A stretch of 60,482 nt of DNA, the filler included, from Globobulimina sp. (Eukaryota), in the NCBI GenBank assembly GCA_003354225.1. It is 16 parts of 16 records of this genome, joined end to end, with 100 filler letters (N's around TTAATTAATTAA, not from the genome) between each part and the next. Parts side by side here need not be neighbours in the genome. Positions count along the whole stretch, not along the records: positions 49,239 to 52,920 come from PIVH01002268.1; positions 53,021 to 56,701 come from PIVH01002269.1; positions 56,802 to 60,482 come from PIVH01002270.1; 13 more parts are not named here. The stretch is one strand, 5' to 3'. A program made the position numbers and the translations under genes. A model generated the notes under the pieces. That model did not search any database and was not told the DNA's origin. It was given only the letters and a program-made list of their open reading frames with translations. Positions 49,974 through 60,482 of this stretch are shown here, one piece after another; position 1 is the first letter of the stretch; the number at the start of each line of letters is the position of its first letter.

Positions 49974-52293
49974 ATGCAAACTTCACCGAGCTGGACATAT
50001 TTAATATTACTTGTTAGTTTACAGATAGCACCACCATTCTCTCAAAGCATATATTGCAACACAGCAAAAGAATGTGTAGGGAATACAAGCATTCATACAG
50101 GCCAAGTGTCAGTATATGCCAACGGCTATAAGAGTTTGTCAGGTCCAACCACCTCAATCACAGCTTCTTCCATTTTATGTTATGGCTCCTATTCATGCAA
50201 TGATATAGCATTCATCAGCTCTTCCAATTATATCTATTGTCGCGGGAGCAATGCGTGCGGCAACATTGATACTGCTCAATATGTTCAACTCACAGAAACA
50301 AATGCATATATTTATTGCGGTGGATCCAATAGTTGCGCATATTCAAATTTAAGAGCAGCCACAGCTCTCAATCTGAGCAGCATATATTGCTATGGTGCAG
50401 ACAGTTGCGCCAATGCAGATATTGTCGGCGTAACTAACATCTACGCATATGGAGCATACTCATTATACCAAACCACAATCGATAGCAGCGGTATAACCAA
50501 CACTGGTATCGGTATTGCAACGTTCCAATGCTTTTTCTAATTTCCTTTTGCTCATATTTTCGCACTGCAAAGTATATCCAAACAGGTTCAAAAAAAACAA
50601 AAACACAAAATATTCAGCAATGACTGTGACATTATTCGGATATCACTCAGGATTCGGCAGCACAATAATATGCCGCACAGATGACAAATGTATCATTAAT
50701 TGCTACGCCAATGGCTGCGAGATGCTATATATTGAGTGTATCGGCGATTGTACAATCAACAAAAACTCAAACCAGACAATTGCGCCCATCACCAACATAG
50801 AGGATTTTGACAGCAATAAATTAAATTTATTCTCGGATGCCACCACACTCACTGCAAATAACGATGATCTATGTTCATTGCATGGCTCATTACAATCGTC
50901 ATCAGATAATGTGTTTGATGATTACATACAACATCAATATGGCGCAGATATTATAGTAACGGATGTAAATGCCGGCCCGATATGTTGCCGAGGAGCTTGG
51001 TCCTGTACCGGTGTCAATAATATCCAACTTAACACTGCCACTCGTCATGCTGTTGTATGCAGCGGTTTGTGGTCCTGTACAGATGCAGCCATTTCAAACA
51101 ATCATGGCTCTATTTTTTGTGAAGGTGCATGGTCCTGTTATACTGCAACAATATTGACCACCATTGCAAACAATGTCTATTGTTTAGGGTCTCGTTCCTG
51201 TCAAAATGCTCATATTACTGGCGCACAAAATATATATTGTACGGGAAGACGAGCTTGCTCTAATTCAGTGGTTAGAAGCGGTGGGGATTTAAATGTTTAT
51301 TTATTGGGTGAAATCTCTGCCGTTGGTACTGATATATACTGCAATGAAGGAGATCATTGCTTCATTTTATGCGGCGGATCGGATGCCTGTAGGGATGCTA
51401 CGCAATTATTTTGTAATGGTACATGTGAGATTGAATGTGATTTGGATAGTGGCTGTCCAGATATTTATGCAACATTCAATCCAACTCAAGCTCCAACACC
51501 AAGTCCAACAGAATTGACGTTGCATCCAAGCAGTTCCCCGACAAAAAACCCGACGGAATTGACATCGAAACCAAGCATTTCCCCAACACAAAGTCCAACT
51601 GAATTGACATTGCATCCAACACAAAATCCAACAGAATTGACATTACATCCAACACAAAATCCAACATTAAAACCAAGTAGTTTGCCAACAAAAAATCCGA
51701 GTGTATCTACAACTGTTTTAGTGTATGAATATGGCAGAAGTTCATCCGTTGATTATATATATTGGTTGATTGGTGGTGTATTGTTTATTGTGGCTGCGAT
51801 TGTAATTGCTGTTTTTGTATGTTTTGGTCCTATAAAACCAAAGAAAACAAACGAAATAAAGCCTGACAATGAGGAACGTGCAAGAACTGATCAGTTACAA
51901 ATGGAAAGGGCGAAGGAAAGAGATTATAAGAAAGTAAATGTCAAAAGTGATTCTGACGTGTTTGAATGGAATGGATTGAATGGAAATGATCAGAGAAGTG
52001 ATGTTGTGATGGCAGAGATGCCGCCTCCGCCGGAAATACAATCAATGCGACAAGTGGCACAAATACCGCCTGCTTCAAAGTGGATGATTGAGACAATGGG
52101 TGGCAATGTAAATGCATATGTGCATGATTCGGATAGTTTATCTGTGGATGATTCGGATAATAGGCTTTATGAAGGAAACACAGCAGGCGGTCAAATAATT
52201 AATGTAAATGTGAATCATTCAGCAAGTTTCTCCTCTGAGCTCGACCAAATCGATTGTGGACATGTAACAAATAAGTATAGTTATTATCAGTAA
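49974..52293 (+). CDS. Cys-rich repeat type I membrane (surface) protein with Pro/Thr stalk; intron 50506-50617
   Basis: Signal peptide (MQTSPSWTYLILLVSLQIAPPFSQS), many IYC.G..SC repeats, PTELTLHPTQN repeats, single TM helix and cytoplasmic tail. Confidence 0.8.
51481..51700 (+). repeat. Coding tandem repeats (PTELTLHPTQN-like units)
   Basis: Repeated CCAAC(A/T)GAATTGAC(A/G)TT units. Confidence 0.85.
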
Positions 52294-53020
52294 ATGTAAA
52301 CTTCAAATCATCAGTTTTTGTTTCGTGCCGTTATTTATATTTTTTTCTTAATTTTTTATTGATATTCATCTGCGTTGTAGTGCATCGTAGTAATCGCAAC
52401 GTAAACTATGAAATATTAAATAGTATCATATGAGTGAAGACGTGTATGAGACGAATTTTAATATATAAAAAAAGAGGAGCACATTCGGATTTCAACTTTT
52501 GCAGTTGATCGATTGGTTGTTCCTGCCTAGCAAGGTCGTCGTGTAGTGTGTATTGTGCTGTCTCTGTAGTGGTTTTGGAGCTATAAGAAATGTTGAGGTT
52601 CTCAACTTTAGGGTTAATAAAAAATACAAATGTTATGTTCCAGGTTTTACATCATATTGATACAATCACGAAAAACATCCTTATATCTCATCGGATACCC
52701 TTATAAATGCAAAACATAGAACATCGCATAACATACTTTTGGATCTGTACAAAATGACGAAATAAAGTACTTTCCCCCGTGCTTTGGTTTGGAGGGAGCC
52801 TATGTATCGTTACCACCATCTCCCTGGTGTGCGAGGATAATCTAAAAGACTTTTAAAAGTTTTTTCCAGAGCAGTAGGAAAGTTTTTAAGGAAGTGTGAT
52901 ACTTTTTTCCTGTTTGCATTNNNNNNNNNNNNNNNNNNNNNNNNNNNNNNNNNNNNNNNNNNNNTTAATTAATTAANNNNNNNNNNNNNNNNNNNNNNNN
53001 NNNNNNNNNNNNNNNNNNNN

Positions 53021-53923
53021 CTGATGCAATTGTAGTCGATCCATTAAAAGGATATTCCAATGCACATAAAATAGCACAAGCTATGGCATATTTTCATAAC
53101 GTTATTCCTCAAAATAAACAAATAAGAATATCAGTTATTAATCAAGAAGGTATATGGCAAATTTTACATGAATGGTATACAAAAGCATCCAATTTTTGCA
53201 GAAACGATTTTAATGATAATAATAAATATCAACAATATCAAGATTTGGATTGGGAAGATATCAAAAATCAAATAGATTGGATGAAGTTATTGTTGCCGTG
53301 TCAAGATATTATAGATAGCAAAAAAAATGCATTAAAAGTAATGCAATATCATTATGGGAAAAATGTAAAGAATTTAATTGAAGTAAATGATAATTTTAAA
53401 TTTGAATATATTGCAAGACAATTTCTATGTGATCGAATATTATGTCATAACGATGTATATCTTGGAAATATATTGGAATTAACAAACAGTGACAAAGTAA
53501 TATTAATTGATTTTGAATATGCATCATATAATTATCGCGGATCTGATTTTTCAACATTGTTTGGTCAGTGTAAACAAGATGGATTTCGAGAATGTGATAT
53601 TTGGGATGGCGAAGAAAGAAGACAGTTCATAGGATATTATTTAACAGAATTTGAACAGTTTAATGAACAGAAATGTACAAAAGAAGAATGGAGTTGTTTA
53701 TTAACGAAATGTGATAGTATTATATTAGAGTTTTGTATGGTATTAAAATGCATATATTTGGGGACTATGGGCTGTCATTCAAGCAGTATTTAACAAATTA
53801 TCAGGTGTTGATAATATTAATTATGCAAAGCAACGATTGTATTTTCAATATCAATATTTTAAGAGATTATGGTTTCAACAATATAAAACAAATATTGTTT
53901 GTTTGTCTAATTCAAAACTGTGA
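53021..53923 (+). CDS. Choline/ethanolamine kinase (5' truncated) with an apparent +1 frameshift at 53745-53748
   Basis: Brenner motif CHNDVYLGNIL and LIDFEYASYNYRGSD. The conserved WGLWAVIQA...NYAKQRL is in the +1 frame, ending TGA 53921-53923. Confidence 0.88.
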
Positions 53924-54199
53924 TCAAAAGTATATATTTTCTGTCTGCTCGAAGAGCACAATAAATACAGCAACTAAAAAAACACAGTCAAATACACACT
54001 ATCGATAACCACAAAGATACAAATTTGATAAATTAGCACATTATACTTGACAAAATCCAAAATAAGGTCGATGTTTCATTGGTTGGTGACGACTGACGAA
54101 CAATAAATACAATTGTGACATTGACAAATTAATACTAAATAAATAAACAAAAAACAAAACAAAAAAACAAAAGCAAGTTTGTCTGTACATATCAATTAA

Positions 54200-56701
54200 T
54201 TAATATATAACGCCTCTGCCAAAATACTCGGCCACCGTATTGAAGGCATCGCCGGTGTTATGCGCCGCTTTCAATTGTCCAAAAAAGGAGTCGTGATCGC
54301 CTTTGGAGCGTTGCATCATTTCCTGTTTTTCGAATATCTGCTTATGCGATTGAGAGCATTTCGGACATTTCGGATTGGATTTGTTGTACAGACATCTTTC
54401 ATGCAACGAGTGTCCGCACAAGAAATGAACCGTCGGCAACTCCAATGGCGCCAAACACGCGCAACATTTGGTGGCTTGGAAGGTTTTCGGTTTGCTCGTC
54501 AAACTCACGATGGATTTCTTCATTTTGTTGATCTGACTCTGCAACTCATGAATGGAGATTTCGTCCTGCTCAATTTCCTGGTTTTGCAGCGACAAATCAT
54601 TGATAATATACTCGCGAATCACCGACAACGACACAGACGAAGACGACAACAGCTCCACCACCATCAGCGGAGGAATTAAGTTCAACTTCGAGATCTCCGA
54701 CAAGCACAACTGAATACACTCGATATTGTCGTCGGCGTCGCCCTTCTTCTCGTCCTGCTTCTCCTCCTCATTCCCACTCCCATTCCCTTTGCTGTTCTCG
54801 TTGATGAAGTACGTAAAGGCACTGATCCACAGCGACGGGTCCTGGCTACTAAAACGCGAACACGTCTCAATGATCTTGCTGTTGTCGCTCTTGTCCGTGT
54901 AATGAGAGATGATCTCATGATACAAATGCAGCAATTCGTACAAATAGATCACCGCAGACTCGATGCCGTACATTTTGCTCAAACCCAAAGCGTGCGTCGC
55001 ATCGTATTTGCTCGTCTCTGTCCGCAATATGCGCAGTATCTGATTGCTGATACTGTCATATTCCTCCATTCTTTTCTTCCACTTCAAATTGCAGGCTTCC
55101 CGCATATAGATCTCCAGCAACGTATTGTACACAACTTGCGAGGCGGCGCTCGTATTCGATTCCGGCTCGATGAGAAACTCCAGAAAGTCCCTCAACTCCG
55201 CCGGCTGCCGCACGAATAAATGGATAAACTGCTCGGGGTTCGCCGCTTTGTGCTCGCTGTTGTTGTTGTTGTCGGTGCAGAGCACCTTAATCAGCTCGGT
55301 GGTGCCTTTCGGCTCGTTTTCGATTAAGGTCTTTCCAATGCGCAAGATGGACTTCTCCGCGTCCACGAAGGCCAACAGCGAGATATATTTGAGCGCGTCC
55401 TGGTATTTCCGCAGGTTCTTCTGCGATTTGCCCGCTTCCTCCAACAAAATGTCCAGATAGATCTGGTGTTGCTGCTTTTGTTTGGCCAAAGACCGAGCGT
55501 GCCGCAATAAGCCCGCCTCGCGACACACGCGGATCGCAGTCATGACGTCGAAGTTGTACTTGATGTTCTTGTCGCTCATATCCTCGTCGATGTTGATGAA
55601 CTCGTTCAGTTTGCTCGAATCCTTCAACTTCGTATAGCAGTTTAGGAGCAACGTCGTGTGGTCGGAGGTGGGCACTCCGTATTTGTGCAAACGCGCCAAG
55701 TATTCCGTCAGGTTTTTGATTTTCTGCGCGTCCAAAAAGCGCCGGATCACGTACGACGGCTCGATGGTGGAATGCTTGTCGATGGTTTGCAGATATTGCT
55801 CCATCGCCTGATTATAATCTTGTTTCTCGTACAGGTAATCGCCATAAATGCAGTAATATTCGATGATTTTGGTCTGATTGCAACCCTCAGAGCGAGCCAA
55901 TTGGATGGCTTTCTCGTACAAATTGTTGCGGAAAAACTCATTCAATTTCTCCTGCAAGTCTTTGTCGCGCAATTTGATTAAATATTTGTTGGTGAGTATG
56001 AAGACGGAGCCCCATTCCGATATAATTGAGATCAAATCGTCAAACTGCCGTTGAAACGCCACATATTTATTGGTATTGTCATAAATGCAGACTTCCACGC
56101 GCTTATTCGCAGTCATTTTGGTCTTGATTAAGGTGACCACGATTAAGTACCTTCGAAAGGAAGACACCATTTGTTTGTGTCCAGGGAAGGCATGTTCGCC
56201 GCGGACCTCTTCGCCTAAAAACATGTGCACCGTCTCGCTCTTAGCTACGATCAACTCGCCAGTCTGCTCATTGATGATAGAACAGCCCAAATCGCAGCCG
56301 CCTGTGCTGTCGATGAAGATGCACGGCATGTTACGGTCGAATATATGGAAGGACATAATGGCGTGCACTGTTATCACATATAGCAGTCTATGCTGGTCTT
56401 CCTTTTCTAAGTAATGTAGGCCAGTCACTGCGTGCGGCCCCTCTTTGGTTAATTTAATGGGACGGATCTTCTCGATCGCTAGCAACGAGGGGCGGTGTTT
56501 TAGATTCACATTAAATACCAACACCACGCCATTGGCACAGCCAACCGCTATTTGGGAGCCTGACGAGGTGGCTGTTAATGCGGATATTGGTAACCTGCAT
56601 GGATGTGAATGTGTGAATGTGTGAACGTGTTAGTGTGTGCAACGATGTATGTATATGTATTTAACTCCATTTGTGAGTCAGGAAAGAGGCGAAATGATTT
56701 T
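54200..56701 (-). CDS. VPS11: Vacuolar protein sorting 11 (HOPS/CORVET core subunit), 5' truncated; intron about 56595-56665
   Basis: YGDYLYEKQDY..AMEQYLQTI, EPSYVIRRFLDAQKIKNLTEYL, DHTTLLLNCYTKLKD, RING-H2 (CCAC...VHFLCGHSLHERC...CPKC) and terminal VAEYFGRG. Confidence 0.96.
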
Positions 56702-57519
56702 NNNNNNNNNNNNNNNNNNNNNNNNNNNNNNNNNNNNNNNNNNNNTTAATTAATTAANNNNNNNNNNNNNNNNNNNNNNNNNNNNNNNNNNNNNNNNNNN
56801 NTACTCCAATGCCATAATGTATATCTATTTAAATCCACCAAGATAAACGATATCGCGCCTAACAAAATCGTAGCGGATTAAGTTATTTATTTCCGAATGA
56901 AAATTTCCAGATATTTCCGGAATTTTATAATAAAAATTTGTCCATATTCCATAACAAAATTTATGTATTTTATTATTCATCAAATAAAAATTCAACAAAC
57001 AAAATATAGTCCATATAAAATTAATTTTATTATTGCTCAAATCCATACTCATCATACGTTTCAATCCCAGGATCTCTAATAAAATTACCAGGATCTTCAA
57101 TCCCTCTCGATACAATCTAAAAAATACTTTCATCATTATTCAAATGTGAATAATACCAAACCATCCAAAATAAACTTTGTATGATATTAATAAAATCAGT
57201 GTTGAAAAACACCCTAAAAATAAAAATAAGCATCGTCTTATGGTACGAATTAGTGTTAAAAAACACCCTAAATTCTGCTCAATACTCATCACCATCTGGA
57301 TATGGATTAAAAATAGGAGAACGAGAGTTGTAAAGTAGGATAAAATGCATAGAGCATGAGCGTTTGTATATGTTTTTGAGAGGAATATTTATGAAACGGA
57401 GTGGTTTTAGAGGGACCGGCCATTTATGAAAAGCTTTCGACAAAATAGGGTATTTTGCTGCAGTCTATCTTTTTATAAAAACGCTTTACTACTAGTAGCT
57501 AGCTAACTAAATTGCTAAA

Positions 57520-58413
57520 ATGAGCTTTTGGCCAACAGAAGAAGAGAATACTTATTTTTCTAACATAGTATCGGATGATGAGGAAGAAGAAGAAGAGGAA
57601 GAGGAAGAGGAAGAGGAAGAGGAAGAGGAAGAGGAAGAAGAGAGCATTGAAGAACAGATAGTATGTTTTAAAGCAGAATACGCCTTTGAAATGAGTAAAA
57701 ATAGCCACTTGCAAAGTGAATTGGAGAACGTAAATGTACGAATTCGGCGAAGACAAGCCATTGTTGAATATTATGACGAATATACATTTAATTATGTGTT
57801 TGATGATAATATTAATAATAAATTTAATATGAAAGAACTGGAACATGCAATAGATATAATTGACATCGATAAAGATTATAAGAACATTATACATACAATA
57901 AAATATGAAGAAAGACAGAGATTAGAATTCGAAGAAGAAGAGGAGCAAGAAACAAAAACAAAATTCCATCATCAATCTTCAGTGACAGTGTTTGGTGATT
58001 CTAGATCTGCCAATGCCAATGCCATAACATCACAAATCAGCAATGGATCACAAACTAGAATGCGATCCAAATCAGCGGCGCATGTCATGCATTCCAATAT
58101 TTTGTATCAAGTATCGAAGCAGGACCAAATCATTGAAAAACATTGGATGAAAGAATTAAGAAAAAAACAATTTAAAATATTTGTCAATAAACACAGAAAA
58201 CGACGACTAAGTAAAATAAAAAAAGGATATGAGCAAAAATTGCAAGAATTAGAACTGCAAATTAATATAAAACATAGAATTCAACAATTAAATGATAGAA
58301 AAAATGAACTTGAAATATTAAAAAAATCGAGAATCACTTTTATAAGAAATGGATCAAAAGAATTGGATCAGCTAAGAAATGTTATCCACAATTTAAACAT
58401 CACTGTGTCATGA
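57520..58413 (+). CDS. Acidic (poly-Glu) coiled-coil hypothetical protein
   Basis: 297-aa ATG ORF with a (GAR)n tract at about 57579-57641 and C-terminal heptads. Confidence 0.6.
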   Translation: MSFWPTEEENTYFSNIVSDDEEEEEEEEEEEEEEEEEEEEESIEEQIVCFKAEYAFEMSKNSHLQSELENVNVRIRRRQAIVEYYDEYTFNYVFDDNINNKFNMKELEHAIDIIDIDKDYKNIIHTIKYEERQRLEFEEEEEQETKTKFHHQSSVTVFGDSRSANANAITSQISNGSQTRMRSKSAAHVMHSNILYQVSKQDQIIEKHWMKELRKKQFKIFVNKHRKRRLSKIKKGYEQKLQELELQINIKHRIQQLNDRKNELEILKKSRITFIRNGSKELDQLRNVIHNLNITVS

Positions 58414-58526
58414 ATATCATTATCATTATCATGTATATTTAATTTATTTATCCTTGTTTTGTTGTTTAGGAATAGGTGTTTAAGGTTTTTTTCTGTGTCT
58501 TAGTATTACTAAAAAATGCATGCAAA

Positions 58527-58756
58527 TACTGTGGCATCATTAATTAACAAAATCATTGATTTTTCTCTGAAAAACTTTCTTTTCAGCAAAATTACATAGT
58601 TTCCGTCAAGTCACTAGGTCAGTAAACGGGTCAAAAGGAGTGGATTTACTGCGTTTTTTTGGGTAAATTAGTTTTACAGAGTGTGCAAGTTTGATGAAAA
58701 GTAGTACTTTTCAATGCAAAGTGATTGTTTTGATGAAAAGAAATGATGCCACAGTA
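58527..58756. mobile_element. MITE-like element, 226 bp, 13-bp terminal inverted repeats, TA target-site duplication (Tc1/mariner-like)
   Basis: TA-CTGTGGCATCATT (58527-58541) and AATGATGCCACAG-TA (58742-58756); imperfect subterminal IR (CTTTTCAGCAAA / TTTGATGAAAAG); non-coding, between convergent genes. Confidence 0.72.
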
Positions 58757-58788
58757 AATTAATTAATTATTATAATTACAATATTAAA

Positions 58789-60482
58789 TTAAATATCATC
58801 GCATTCATCGGAACTACTTTCTTCAATATTTAACTGAAATGATACTGCCGTCGAATGGTATAATCTTAAAACTAATTTTAAAAAATTGCCATCTATAATA
58901 TCAATACCAAACATTTTATCATCCAAAGTTTGAATATCTTGAATAATGATATCGATGTCTTTGATTTCTAATTGATCCGAGATCTCAGAAATACCAATCA
59001 ATATTCCTTCAATTAGTAATGTAATCATATGATCGATCAATTTATTCCGATAAATTTCAAATATCTTTAATGCATTCGAATCATTATCATCATACTCATC
59101 AATTATAATTAACTCGAAACCGCAATGTATATATAAATAATTGGCGATGGGCCGCAAACATTTATCAATAATACTTTTATGATTTATTTTTGTATAACCA
59201 CTACGCGTACGATTTATTTTTGTATTTCTTGGTTGGTCATGAAGTAATTTTGTTGGATCATTATTATTAATATTTTTGTTATCAATATGTGGCGATATTT
59301 TTGTTTGATAATAGTCGGATAAAACAGATAAAAATTTTTGTAACGTGCCAATATATTGTTGCGTACATTGCTGTTGTTTTGATTTTAATAATTTTATTGA
59401 CTTTGAATTATCCGAACTCGAACTCGAACTGGAATTTGAATCATTTTTATTTACAAAATAGATGAGAGGCATCTCAATAATATCATGTCCGCCCATGAAC
59501 CTATTTTGTAAGCCATACAATGCGCTGTCTCCGTCCTCATCGGTTGAGATAAACAAATTATTTGCATTTGATTTGCCTTCAAACGGTAACAAAACTGGAA
59601 AACGAGAAATATTAAATAAAAACATATCCACTGCAAATACAAATCCCGCGTCGCGAATCATTGATCTTCCATCGTGGCTAAAATTGTATGGCAAGTTTAT
59701 ACCAAATGTTTTACGAACAACCGATACAAAATATTTCTGAATTCTGTCCTGTGTCGTCGTGTTGCTATTACTTGCTTTATTAGTATTTATTGAGACAACT
59801 TCTAATTGTTTTTTCAAATCAGCCAAACTTACACCGTCCAACTCTTCATAGACTAAAAGTGTCGCTTGCTTTCCCTCACCATCTATATTTGCATTATATT
59901 GCGACAATAATTTGTAGGTTTGGGCACTATCAATGCTTGTTATTACGTCCAAACCGGGCACACATAAACCACACGATGCCCCTAAAAAATTGCCCAATAT
60001 TTCTGCCGCCGGATTCACCGGCACTTCTACGCGAATATTTGAATACACATCAACATCAACACCATGCTCATCATCCTCATCATCCTCATTATCCATCTCC
60101 TGCACTGCAAATGACTCACTTTGATAATAGTGCAATTGTAATGGCGCAAATTCCTCATAATAGGACGCTTTGTTCGAATGGAAATTATAATTACTTAAAT
60201 TAGTATTGGTATTGGTGTGATACGTACTTCTTCTTCGCCGCTGTGATAATTGCGATAATTCAGAGATAACTGACTGAGTATCATCAAAATATGACAATGT
60301 GGATATAATGGATTGCTGTGTACTATGTTGTGTACTATGTTGGGAGGATCTGCTGATAATAATCGGGTGGCAATGGACTCAATTTCAGTTTTGCTTTTTG
60401 TAGTAATTGACATTGAAGTGATATATTGCTTCATCGACATATATTTTTTACTGTTTGTGATTTGATGAAAGATTTTTTTTAA
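58789..60482 (-). CDS. Actin-fragmin-kinase-like (PI3/4-kinase-fold) protein, degenerate catalytic motif; 5' part uncertain
   Basis: EILGNFLG...GLCVP, LLVYEELDGVSL, GFVFAVDMFLFNISRFP...SNANNLF. A frame change near 60365 is needed to link the upstream sequence. Confidence 0.55.

Noticed and set aside
52440-52920. Possible ncRNA in the moderately GC-rich intergenic stretch (also 41780-41990)
   Set aside because: No recognisable tRNA, snRNA, snoRNA or rRNA motifs by eye; an Infernal/Rfam scan would be needed.
54260-56414. Several 100-140 aa plus-strand ORFs over VPS11, and similar antisense ORFs over GH3, Cav and the PT repeats
   Set aside because: Antisense shadows caused by codon bias or repeats; no independent motifs.
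3695-56801. Regularly spaced TTAATTAATTAA motifs every ~3.79 kb, resembling a periodic array or chromosome-breakage signal
   Set aside because: Always embedded in exactly 44+44 N, with contig lengths decreasing monotonically: a concatenation linker, not biology.
57198-57272. CRISPR-like repeat-spacer-repeat
   Set aside because: Only two 21-nt units, eukaryotic context, no cas genes.
60340-60400. Frame change at the 5' end of the kinase-like gene as programmed -1 frameshifting
   Set aside because: No slippery heptamer; a one-base loss in the CCC run or an unrecognised intron is simpler.
1-60482. Ciliate-type stop codon reassignment (TAA/TAG=Gln) or TGA=Trp
   Set aside because: Long conserved genes (Cav, VPS11, PPR-DYW, PARP) have no internal stops and end at TAA or TGA. 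Internal stops are confined to a few decayed loci.

Overview
This window is not one locus. It is 16 unrelated contigs of about 3.68-3.69 kb, sorted by decreasing length and joined by 15 artificial 100-nt linkers (44 N + TTAATTAATTAA + 44 N), so gene neighbourhood is meaningful only within a contig. The DNA is AT-rich, gene-dense and eukaryotic, with short GT-AG introns (mostly 53-71 nt). The protein families suggest a protist, most plausibly a foraminiferan/rhizarian (inference). Recognisable genes: P2X receptor, TRAF-like Zn-finger protein, Kelch surface protein, PLS-class PPR-E-DYW deaminase, ricin-GH3 beta-xylosidase, RRM-RS-PARP fusion, SDR, ABCA transporter, TM-RGS protein, four-domain Ca2+-type channel (repeats II-IV), vWA proteins, MYND finger, choline/ethanolamine kinase, VPS11 and an actin-fragmin-kinase-like protein. 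There is also a decayed DIRS/Ngaro-like retrotransposon and TA-flanked MITE-like elements. Most notable: (1) a plant-type PPR-DYW RNA-editing factor with intact HxE/CxxC in a non-plant genome; (2) nearly every intron longer than about 85 nt carries an internal hairpin; (3) a secreted protein that starts with three PCSK9-C-terminal-like modules and has no upstream protease domain; (4) an SR-like RNA-binding protein fused to an H-Y-E PARP domain; (5) an apparently intron-containing gag-like ORF in the retroelement. All calls are by-eye motif recognition; no searches were run.
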